Positions 23,301-36,356 of a stretch of DNA of 64,000 bases are shown one piece after another (within the stretch, counting starts at the first letter, position 1; the number at the start of each line of letters is the position of its first letter). A program made the translations under genes and the position numbers. The stretch comes from Octopus sinensis. Lineage: Eukaryota. The notes beneath the pieces were generated by a model. It searched no databases, was not told the DNA's origin, and was given only the letters and a program-made list of their open reading frames with translations. The stretch is from positions 72,354,001-72,418,000 of the forward strand of contig NC_042997.1 in the NCBI RefSeq assembly GCF_006345805.1. The letters run 5' to 3'.

Positions 23301-26300
23301 TAATTGCCTTAATAGCAATAGACCAATGAGCAATAGCCTTAATCTTGCAAATAAAGGAACAATACAGTCTGGCTAATACAACCATATGCTAAGAAAATTA
23401 AAAATAACTTAGTAAAAACAATATTTAAACTAATTAACAAATCTATTATATAAAAATCCATTCTGTCTGTCTGTGTGTGTGTCTTCTAGGATCTTGGGCA
23501 TCCTCCATCCGATTGCGCTCAAATTTGATATGTAGATACTGATAGTATCAGGGCGTGTAAAAGTCTAGAAAAAATTACAAAAATCCATTCCAGGTGAGAA
23601 TGCAATCGATAAAGCCATGGAAACGTGCATTTGTATGTGCAAGTACATCAGCTGTTGCGATCGATACTACGCGTACGCAAGAAAGATGCACGTGCAGTTT
23701 GCACAAAAAAGTCAAGGAGCAGGGGATGCTGTTTTTATTTTCCACTGCAGACTACCTCGTTGACAAACGAGAGAGACCTTCTCTTTGTGGCTGGTGACTT
23801 CAACGGTCACGTTGGACAATATGCTGGGGGCTTCCATGGTGTACATGGAGGCTATGGCTATGGTTCCCGCAATGAGGAGGGAACCAGGCTGCTGGAGTTC
23901 TGCGATGCAAATGATCTTATGATTTGCAACACTAACTTCAGGAAACCTACCAGCCACCTAGTCACCTACCAATCGGGCCAAAATACCAGCCAAATTGACT
24001 ACATCCTTGCCAGGAAAAGGGAAAGATGGCTGCTTATAAATGCCAAAACCTTCCCAGGTGAAGAATGTACCCCGCAACATAGACTGGTAGTTAGTGACTT
24101 TAGGATCAGGACTAAGAGGACGACCAACATGGAGAAGAAGGATCTGGAAGCTTAAAGATCCTGCGAATGGACAGAGATTTAGGGACATATTACTTGAAGC
24201 CTTTGACGAAGTAGAAGGGGATAGAGCATCACATGGGGTAGAAGACAACTGGACGTTTCTAAGGGACAACCTGCTGAAAGCCACTGACCAGATCTGTGGC
24301 TGGTGCAAAGTCCCCTTTCGACCCAAAATAACGTGGTGGTGGAAATATGTTGTAGACAGGGCTATTAGAGAAAAGAGACAGGCTTGGAAGGACTGGAAGA
24401 ATGGTGGTAGCAGGGAATTGTATCAGACTGTCAAAAGGGAAGCTAGGAGACAGGTCTATTTAGCCAGAGGGGAAGCAGATAAGAAAAAATTTGCCAATGT
24501 TCTGCGCCGTGAGGACCAAAGACTTGAGGTGTTTCGTGTTGCAAGACAGTGTGTGAGAGAGAATCGTGATGTGGTAGGATAGAAATGTCTTCGCATGGAT
24601 GATGAATCACTTGCGCTAAATGAGGATGCAAAGAGAGAAGTTTGGAGATGCCACTATGAAAGGTTGCTGAATAAAGAAAATGAATGGGATAAAGAGAGTC
24701 TGCCGAACAGAGGGACCAGCTATCCAAGTTGACAGTTCCTTGGTAGTTAAGGCAATTAGAAGCATGAAGACAGGGAAAGCCCCAGGCCCATCAGGAATCA
24801 CTGTAGAGATGCTCAAAATATCTGGTAGTGTCGGCTATAGCTTAGTCACCTGTATAGTTAATCAGGTGATACATGAAGGCGTCATACCCAATGACTGGTG
24901 TAGCAGCATAATAGTCAACTGCTACAAAGGTAAAGGCGACGCCCTAGATACAAATAACTACAGAGGTATCAAGCTGTTGGATCAGGTAATGAAGGTTATG
25001 GAGAGGGTCATAGCCCAACTAATTAGAGAGAGAATTAGTTTAGATGAGATGCAGTTTGGGTTCGTGCCAGGGAAAAGTACCACTGATGCTATATTCCTGG
25101 TAAGGCAGCTGCAGGAGAAATACCTAGCCAAAGATAAGCCCCTGTACCTGGCTTTTGTTGACATGGAGAAAGCCTTCGACAGGGTCCCCCGATCCCTTAT
25201 CTCCAACCATTATGTACCAGAAACAAAGGGTAGTAACAACAGTAGCAATGAGGATTTTCTTTCTATTGTTGTATGTCTTAAAATAAGTGTTTGGATTTTT
25301 TTTTTTTTTATCACTGGCTAATTTTCACTTGGAAATAAATTTAGCTTGTGCTTTTAAGCAAAGAGAATTGGAACAATTATAAAATGCAGCTTATAAGGAA
25401 TCAACATAGTGATATTTTGACAAATCTACTAGATTTTAAAATACATTTCTCTAAAAGCATCAGTCATAAAGCAAAAAAGCCAACAGCTTTACCTCAGTAC
25501 GTCCAGTAGTGCTCTCTGCCTTCTGTACATAACTGATAACATGTGACCAATTTTCTAAATAGACGCTAACCTGTGAAACAAAGTTAATAGAAACAAACAC
25601 AAAAGTCATTTATATGGAAAAACAAGCATTTCATTATACAATAAATAAGTGAAGTAAAACATGTCTTATTCTCTCTAGCAAACCTAAAAGATACTCTTAG
25701 ATGATGAAATGACAGTCAGTCAAGGAATGCAGCAGTGATTCTTATTTTAATAAATAATAATATAAATGATTGTTTCGGGTAGGCTCAATAATCCTGCCTG
25801 TACAATATTTTAAGATTCATTTATTCCAATGTTAATCCTACAACTGACAAAATTGAACAACCTGGGATGGACTCAACATGTATGAACATATTTCAAACTG
25901 AAATCAGTTACAATCTATTAAATGATAGATTATACGGACCAGCAGACAAAACAGCCACAGAAGAGACTGCTCAAAAAGTTTGCTGGAAGCAGTAGGAAAG
26001 TTATGTTATTTAGTACTGGGAATGGAACTAGTGATAATATAGTGATTACTGGCAAATATCAAAATTAACTTTTATTAACAATTAATAACAATAATAATAA
26101 TGAATTATATAACTAAATTAAATTTCAATAATAATATAGTGCATATAGTATAAACCTAAAGTGTTTATCTTATAGAACACAAACCAATATTCCAAAGGGA
26201 AAAAAATACCTTGATAACATTGAGACACATGTTCACAACATGTTTTGGACTGGTACAATAATCTCGTGCTCTGGAATAACATTTTAATGCATTACACAAA

Positions 26301-29300
26301 TCACCCATATCAAGATAATGGTCTCCAAGATCATCATTTCCACGTCTAGAATGTGAAGAAAAAGAAGATATGGTGTTAATAAATAGAAATAAAAACAAAT
26401 ATTAACACAACAAGGAATTATATTTTGTAGAGAAACCATAAATCACTTAAAATAATTAATTATCAGCAAACGAAGCAGCATTAATACCAAAAGGCAATCT
26501 TTTATATCCAAGTTAACATGGATATATTGTTAGAGTGCCTTAAAAGGACCTCTCATATGGATGCATGATGCATAAAAGCACATGTATTTATATCATTGGA
26601 AGATGAGTATTGTATGCTACAGGCACCAGAATGGTCAAATCATGTGATTTCAACGTGCCTGGTTTCATCAGTAGTAGACATCTGGGAGACACATACCAGC
26701 TGAATCTCGCTGCCAAAAATATACACAATTTCAGTGTCTTTTCCAGCACTGATGTTGCAAATAGCCAGCAAGTTTATTAAAACAATTGTCAGTGACAGAA
26801 GAAATATTAATATCCAACTTAACATGGAAGGAAGTATTGTTAGAGTGCTGAATGCTGCATTATTTAACTTGAGAGGACCTCTCATATGGACGCATGATGC
26901 ATAAAAGCACACATATTTATACCACTGGCTCATCTGCCAATGGTATAAATATGTGTGCTTATTAAAAAAATTAAACTGCAGGTTTAACTTTTTTAATAAG
27001 CCTCTTAGATAATTGCAACATCAGTGCCTGAATGGGCACTGAACTTACATGTATTGCTGGTAGCAAGATTTGGCTGTGTGTGGCTACCAGACAACTGTCA
27101 CGTGATCTAACAGTTCCAATGCCCACAACAGATGATTCTCGCTAAATGAATAAATATATTTACAATGTTTTATGCTGATAAATATACATGAAATGCGGCA
27201 TAATTTTTCAGTACCCTAATATAACTTTTGCTTCCATAACTAATATAAGTGAAAACTACAAAAATTGTACGACAATACAGATAAAAATCAGTGAAATGTA
27301 AAATTGTTTAAATATCATATAAGCTGAGTTCTTAACAAAATTTTGATTTCAAATTTTGGCACAGAGCCAGTAGCTTAGGAGAAGGAGTAAGTCAATTACA
27401 CCAACCCCTGTGCTCCACATGGTACTTATTTTATCAACCCCAAAAGGATGAAACGCAAAGTCAACTTCAGCGGAATTTGAACTTAGAACGTAAGGGCAGA
27501 CAAAATGCCACTACGCATTTTGCCTGGTATGCTAACAATTCTGTCAGCTCACCGATTTAGTTCTTAGTAAAATATTACAATATATTATGTGACTTCCTAA
27601 ATGTCCATTATTATATTTATATTATAGTTATGTCCTAATTTTGTACAGTTTGTCCACTTTTTCCTTTGTTTAAAGATGAACGATTGAGCTGAAGAGAAAT
27701 ATTTTCAAATTTTTGACTCTGACCTGTTTCTGAAAATTATTATTATTGCTATTGTTGTCAATACCATAATTTAAAACAATTGGATAATATATATATAATA
27801 CACCACATATAATGCATAGAGTGTAGTATTATTTGACACAGGGAAGCAACAAGTAGAAAAATTAGGACTGGATTTGCTCATGGTCACATCTGAAAACATA
27901 AACTGATTTGGAATGCTAGGGAATATCAGCACTACAAAATGTCCTTTGCAAAATGACTGAAGCCTTAATTAACAGGTCTATCTAGCTGAAAATAAATATC
28001 ATGTGCAGGTACTTAGTAGAAAAGTGAGTTCAAATCCTCCTATGGGCTTGAAGAAAGCAAAAAGAAATCACACCAGGTTGTTTTCGCCCTAATCAATACT
28101 GTTGATTTCATTTTAAACAGCATTTCAACAATCTAATAACTTATAACATATACCTTTCCTGTGTTTAACTCCTTTAGATGCTCTAATTAATGAGAGAGAG
28201 AAAGTTTGCATCTGTGTGTGTCGCTCTCTCTCCCCACTAACCTTGAAATTCTGTGTTTGCTACAAATCATAGTATTTTCATTTTCAATATTCTGCAAAAC
28301 ATGTTTGGCTACGAGGATAAAATTACTTTGCTTGAAAACTATTGAGCAGACAATGAGAAGAGATCTGACCAAAGAAAATCTGACCCACTAAACCCCATCC
28401 AGTCCAAGCAATCATGGAAAAGTGAACACTGATTATAAAAACTCAATGTATAAAATGCTATGTCTTACCTTATGCTTTCTTTAATTGAATTACTCTTATA
28501 ATTTTTCAGATCGGTATCTAATTTTTCTAGCTTGAGCTGTGCTTTCTTAATAGTCAATTCTATCCACATATTATCTAAAGGTGGTACACTTGATACAGCA
28601 TCTGGTAATGTAGATGGTCTGAAATGAGAAGATTAGCAAATCTTAGGTAGAATCTTGAAGACATTCTGTGCAATAAATTGAACACACTTCCATACATTAT
28701 TGCACTAACCTATTTTGAAAAACATTTTACTTACTTCATGGTATTCTTTTATTCATTTACTGGTATGTCTTTGGACTGCATGAATGGGGGAAGATGTCAG
28801 TAGGAAGTGGTTCAGGAGAGAAGGAGCAATGACAGGTAGCAAAGAAAAGGTGATGTAGTAACAAGTTCTGCTTTCATTAATTACAGCAACAGTAGGTAGA
28901 GAAATGATAGAGGGAAGAGTGATGTGGAAGACAAAGAGAGGAAGAGCAGCAGGTATAAATATGACAGAATCATACTGAGTGAGGTTCCGAAATGTAAGCA
29001 TACATATGTTTCTAGCTTCCATCATTACCACCACTGTAACATTGCATGTCATCTTCATCCTTAGATTAGTCTTCATTCCGTGTCATCCTGTCTCCTTCTT
29101 CCACAAGTTCCATCACTATGTAATCAACATTTCTTGATACAACTGTCCTTATCCATATGTATCACATAACTAGACCAACATACATCTGATTTCTCTTATG
29201 CAGTTTTTCTCTCAACAGGTTTGTACTTCATATTTCAAGCACACTGGTATTGCACATCCAGTTAAGCATGCTCACTTTATTTCTTTCTAACCTCTGCAGG

Positions 29301-32300
29301 ACCTCTGCATTCAGGGCCTACATCTCACTATTACGTAGCATTGCAGTTTGTATACAAACATGAGTCTACCTTTCACTCTGAAAGAGAAATCTTGTTAGCA
29401 ACAGAAGTAACAGCTCCCTGAGATTTCTCCAGCCTATTCTTACTGTCATTCTATATTTTCAGAAAAACCTCTTCCACTGGTAATTAAGTTACCTAGCTAA
29501 CCTGAGATTCTATTTCCATGTGACCTTTAGACTTTATTGCTCCTGTGCATATACCATATACCAAGACGATTTTCTATCAATCTGCCAATGATGCTATTGT
29601 ATCTAAATACATCATATGGGATGCCTACCTAACTCTTTTCAACATATCAAGCAAAATCATTTTCCCAGTAGAGACCTGACTGTCTTTTTACAAACTAATA
29701 CTTTAGTCTTTGCTAAGTTAACTTTGAAACCTTTTGATTCCAAGTTTTACTGCCATGTTTGGAATTTCTTTTCTAATCCCAATATAGATTCCCCCTACCT
29801 GCCCCGACTCATATGTATCATTGATAACACCTCAACTCTACCCAATTTCCACAATTGTCATTCACCTACTCTTTGCTCTCCCTTATATTCTCTACCTACC
29901 ATCCCTCAACACTTTCCAGAGGTCACTCTTATCCTCTCTTCTACAATGTGAATAGCCATGTATCTCCTCTAAAGCAAGAAACCTGTTGTTTTGGTCCCCT
30001 TCTCTTATACTAACCCATTATCCCCAAACAAAAGGTTGCTTCCCTCACAACTGCAATCTCACCCAGTCATACAGGGTACAGCTGGACGCCACAAAAAGGC
30101 ATCCAGCTGTAAAAAACCAAAGCATTCATTGGAGTTTGATTAGTCTTCGTACCTGTTGGATGCTGTTGAATGGTCTGACTTATGTCAGCATAGAACATGA
30201 ACATATAATGATGATGAAATACATACATATACTCTCTCTCTCTCTCTCTCTCTCATACACACATGTATACATACAGTAATAATAACAATAATCCTAGGAT
30301 GGAATTTATAAATATTTTAATGCATTATGTGCGTTTCCACATATGATGCCTGTGTATGAATGGCTATACTCCATGGTAGTGAGACATGGGCTCTGAATGC
30401 TGAAGATATGCATAGACTGGAGAGAAAGGAAGGTAGAATGTTCCGTTGGATGTGCAACATCACTGCACATATACAACAAAATGCAAATGTATTGAGAGAA
30501 AAGTTGGGCAAAAGAGAAATCAAAGGTAGCATGCAAGAGAGAAGACTACTTTGGTTTGGACATGAGATGCATATGAATAAGGACAGTTGCATAAAGAAGT
30601 ATCAATCACTGAAAGTGAATGGTACTTGTGGAAGAGGGAGACTCAGGAAGATATGAGATGAAGTGGTAAGGATTGATCTCAGGAAGCTGGACCGCATGGA
30701 GGAAATAACTATGGCCCAAGATGTCTGGTGATATGAAATTCTTGAGAAGACTTGCCCACATCAACAAAACTGAGTTCAAGAAGTGCTATGTAGAAAACTT
30801 CTCACACACTCCACCACAACAAACCAAACTACATCTCTACATCCCTTCTATTCCTCACATTCCCACTTCATGTACTATGGTTACCTCCCACTCCCCAATC
30901 TTGTCCTCTTGGCCCAGTGCTCTATGCTTGCCCCGACCTATCCGTTCTACCCACATGCCTTGTCTCACTCTATTATTACCATCCACTAGTCACCAACCTG
31001 GGTGTTCCACCCATACATAACAAAAAAAACTTTTCCCTCACCCTACCCCAACAAACTAATTTACATCTCTCTCTTGCATTTCCTCCTTCATTCACTATGC
31101 CTAGCTCTCACTCCCCAATCCTGTCCTCACACACTTGCTCCTCTGTTTCACTGCAATCCAATAGCCCCTCCAACTCTATATATATATCCAGGTCTTTCGC
31201 CATTTACTCACACTCCCTTCGCAATATTCTACCACTTATATTATGGCATTTGAACCTCAAGGGTATGCCCTGGCACTTGCCACTATTTATATCTCTCACT
31301 TCCTTTACTCAACCATCTCATTTATATTCTGATCCCCGTTCCTTGTGAACATGCCCAGCATTTTGCCACCATCTCCATTCTGCAGTCTCCTACTCTCTCT
31401 CCTTCTGCTGCACTTCCCTCAGACTGGGCAACCATGTATTTTCTTTGCAGTAGCACACCTGTTTCTGTCTTCTGGCCAGGTAACCTTGTACTTCCTCTTC
31501 TGCAATACAGCCATATCTGTCTCACTATAACCTTTTCATCATCATCTCCTCCAATGCCTCCTCCTCTCTTAAAAGTTTTTGTCTTGGAAGTACTTGGTGA
31601 CCCTGTCAGTGCAGGAGCCACTTAAAAGCACCCAATCCACACTGTAAAGTGGTTAGTGTTCAGAAGAGCATCCAGCTGTAAAAAAACTTGCCAAAACTGA
31701 CCTTGCCTGTGCTTGTGCTACATAGAAAGCATGAAGTCCACTCTACTGAGTGGTTGGTGTTAGGAAGAGCATCCAGCTGTAAAAATCCTGCCAAAACAGT
31801 CACAGAAATCCAGTGCAGGCTTCGGCCTGGCTGACTCGTGTGATAGCATGGAACATGGACGTTAAATAACGATGATGGTATATGCATAAACGCTTGCATG
31901 CACACAAACACACACACAGCCAACCATGCTACCTATGTGCCCACAAAATTCCCAATACCAGAATTCTATCCCTACTTTACTGCTAGAAAGCAGCTTTAAC
32001 AACCGATCTCTTCCCATAGTACATATACATCATGTATCTGATACAGTCACTCATAACAGGATCCTACAGCTGATCCACCTAATAGGAGTAATAAAATCAA
32101 AGGATACCTTTGAAGCAACTGTAATTAGGAATACTTATTGATAACAGCTGTAAACAGCACTTATATAGCAAGTGATGGAAAATGGATGATGACAAATAGG
32201 AGGAAAGGAGAAATATAGCCAGGTGTGAGAAGCCACAGTAGAAGCTTTTGTATTCCTTACAGGTAAGAAGGCACGTGGTTTTGTGGTTAGGGCATTTGGC

Positions 32301-33334
32301 TCATGATCATTAAATTCATGAAACTTGGCAGTACACTGCGTCCTTGAGTAAAACACTTTATTTCACACTGCTCCAGTCCACTCAGCTAGCAAAAACGAGT
32401 ATTTCAAAGAGCCAGCCTTGTCATATTTTGTATCATGCTGAATCTTCCTAGGAAACACATTAAAGATACATGTGTTTGTAGAGTACTTAGCCACTTGCAC
32501 GTTAATTTCCCAAGCAGGCTGTTGAGTTCAATGGACTGCCATTATTCCTTACAAGTACTACAGCAGCCAACAACAAACAAACAGCTTTACCACTTCCCTT
32601 CCCTTCGTGTCAATTCTAAAACCTTAGGGCTGCAATCAACAAAACAGGTATGATGAAAGATAGGTGAGATTATGGGATGCTGCATCAGAGATAAGTAGAT
32701 GGCTGCTATATGCAAAAAGTAAAATGGAAAGGATCCTAAGCCAAGCTCCTCACAGGGAAGAAACAGCAATATTTCTGATTAAATAAAAGTGATGGTATGG
32801 GTTGGGTAAATATACCGTAAGCAACAAAATGGATAGATTAAGTAACTGAGATAGTCAGGGTGTGCAACAGGAAAACTAAACTGAGATTAGTTGTAGACAA
32901 CTCAACAGCAAGATACAACCTACAATCAAGATTGACTGAAAAATGCAGTTGCCCTATCCGGTTGGCTTTTATGGAACTAAACCCAAATGGGAAGATCTGC
33001 AAACAGACCTCTGACTTGTTTTGGAGAATTTGTTGCAGTTGCTTCCTCCAGAGTCATATCCTAATGATTTGTCACTAAAAAATCATGTAAAAAAAAAATC
33101 GCCGCTAACAACCACAGTAATGAATACATAGGCATCCAAAATTTCAGGATTGCATGTCTGGATTTGGCCCAGAATGTTTTTAACTTATCAAGGAGTCAGC
33201 CTGATTCCAAAATGGTATATGTTGGGTTATGGCTCTAGGAGTAAAGTTGAAAAAGTGTGACACACTGACATTCACATTTATATCAGATATGTTTTATTTT
33301 GGAGAAACTGTATTTCAATTAAAGTGTATTTTAA

Positions 33335-33368
<34 letters not shown>

Positions 33369-33643
33369 AAGGAAACAAATTAAATAATTACACAAGAGTA
33401 AACAAGAGAGACAGAGACAGGCAGAAACAAGGGAAATGCCACTTGTATTTGAACACTATACAAATATTCTTTTAAAAAAACTTTTCTTTTAATTTTTCTA
33501 AATTTAATTATTTAATTATTACAGTTGAAAAAGTCTCAATGACTGAAACTGGTACTGAAATGTTTTTTATAAAATTATTTTAGCATTTTCTATCTTGACT
33601 TTTTTTTCCATATATATCAACTCGTGTGTTCCTTTTCATCCTT

Positions 33644-33703
<60 letters not shown>

Positions 33704-36322
33704 TAAAGAAAGCAAATAATAAAAAAATGAGTGTTCAGTAGTTGGTTCAGAATGCTGGCCACAGGAATTTCTGACCAGGAAAGTTGTACATCATCTTCCT
33801 CTTTCTCTCACATACTCACACTATCTCACTTATTATTACTCTCAATGCCACCATCAACTCTATTACTTTAATAAAACATCATCAACTCTCCCTAAATTTT
33901 TTTGTCTCTCTTTCACTCCCTCTCTTTTTCTTTCTTTCTTTCTTTCTCTCTCTTTCTGTCTGTCTTCGCCACTGCCCTCACCGTCTCTATGCCTACTATT
34001 ACTCTCACCCCAGCACGAGGAAGTGTCATTGAATAGTGAGAAGGGGGTCAAAGTGTGATACTGGCACACAAATTGGTTTTTGTATTTATTATATTAGATG
34101 AGACTCTTTTGCAGACAGCTTCAGTGACAATTTACATCAACTTCATTATTCTGGCTGGTGACTGCAATGGACACAGTCAATATCACAATGGCTTCTCTGA
34201 AATACATAGGAAATATTGATATGGTTCCTGAAATTCTCAAGAAACCAGTCATCTAGCACATCACTTACCAATCTGACAAACACTCAAATTAGATAGATTG
34301 CACTCTCACCAGGAAACATTGCAAATACCAGAAACTTTCCTGGTGAAGAATGCATTACCCAACAACCACTAATCTACAGTAATCTGTTACCACAGGTTAG
34401 TGGTTAGAGACTTCAGAATCAGAGCTAGGCAGATACAAAGAACCTTCCATTGGAAATAGGTTTAGAGAAATTTTAATAAACATGTATGATGCTAGAAAGA
34501 GAAATTTAGATAATTCTAGTATAAAAGATAAGTTAACTACAAAATAATCTGTTTAGGGCTACAGATCAGACACGTAGCTAATACAGAGCCTCAGTTAATC
34601 TAAAGGTGATGTGATAGTGAAATAATACGAGTGATAGGATTGTAAAGGCTAAGGGACAGGCTTGGAAAACCTGGAAAGAAAAAGGTAAGAGGGAGCAATA
34701 TGAAATAAGTACAACAGTAGCTAGGCAAAACGTATATTTGGCTAAAGGTGAAGCAGAAAGGAAGAGATTCGCATGTCATGTAATAAGAAGATCAGAGGCA
34801 TGGGATATTAAGGACTGTGAGTTAGGGAAGACTAAGACGTCACTGCGGAGAAGTGAAACTGAAATGATGAGGAGGAAGAGAGAAGAGATTCAAGGCATTG
34901 CAGAAAATAGTTGTTAATGCCTGTATCCATTACTTCTGAAATATTGGAATGAGTACATTAAAACAATAAATACTAGGGTTTGCCTTTTTTGAGAATGGGA
35001 CAAATAATATCAGGTTTCTAAAGATCTTATCATATTGCTTTAGGGAAGGAGAAATAGTGGGTGCATGAGGAAAGGTTTGGTGCACAATGTTTAAAAGAAT
35101 AGGTACAATGTCAAGGCCACTGGTCTTATGTGTTTGAAATGGTCAGAGGTACTTTTGCACTTGGCATGTAGGTATGCAAGTTGGTGAAATTGGTGAGATG
35201 GAATGAGATAAATTTGAGGGAGATTTACCAAAAGCATGCAGTTGGATGCAAAGTAGGCAGTGAAACTGGATGCTTTCTCACAAGTTGGTGAATATTCTTT
35301 TGGCAAGGGACTAAAACAATAAGCTGGAGTTAGGGAAGTGGGGGAGTTTAAGAACTGTGTGATGCATGAAGGGATTCTTTGCAATTCAAGAGTGCTAGAT
35401 AAACATGGTTGCAAAGAGAACTTCTAAACTACATGGCCATTCTAAACGTTCAAATGTTCAGGGATCATACACACACAAAGACAAATTAAGTAGAGATACT
35501 ATTGACAATCCAATAATTTAATTATATTACGTGATTTACTATGAATTATACATTACACCCATATTTATATGGTATTCAACTAATGTACCAGTGAATTAGA
35601 TGTTTAACACATCCCTTTGAAGTATTTCTTTTCTTCAGTTTGTTACTTTATATATATATATTTATTACTGGAGCTATATATATATATTAGAGAGAGAGAG
35701 AGCACACTATATTGGAGAGACTAATCAAATAATTATCTTTAATTCAATAAAATCATAGGTGCAGGTATGGCTGTGTGGTAAGAAGCTTGCATCCCAGCCA
35801 CTTGGTTCAGTCCCACTTCATAGCACCTAGGGCAAGTGCTATATACTATAGCCTTAGGCTGACCAAAGGCTTGTGAGTGGATTTGGTAGATGGAAACCGA
35901 TATAAGCCCATATTATATATATATATATAGGTGAGAGAGTCAGTATATGAAAGCAGGTGGTTGGATGTATAAAATACAAAACAGAGGGAAAAACTACAGA
36001 AGACATGATTTATATGGTTAAAGAATATATTTAAATCATTATGTTAGAAAAATGTTAGAAAATTTTGTATATAGTAACACTGCTTTGAGAAAAATAACTA
36101 GTTTCATATTTTCTTTTCTAATTTCTTTACCAATATTGCGTCATCTCTTCCCTATGAAGTGAAGTATGAGAGTTCCAGACAGGGGAAGGTAATCAGGGAT
36201 TTTTTCGGTGTAAGTGAGATAATCAAAATGTTGGGTATGACTAGGTTGTATTGATTTAACATGATTATTTGGTTTAGAAAGGGTAGAATGTTAGAAGTGG
36301 CTAAGTTTTGCTTTATTTATAT

Positions 36323-36356
<34 letters not shown>

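Noticed and set aside
26631-26672. CUGAUGA-aac..guu-GAAA motif on the minus strand
   Set aside because: Stem I does not pair convincingly, so it was not counted as a hammerhead.
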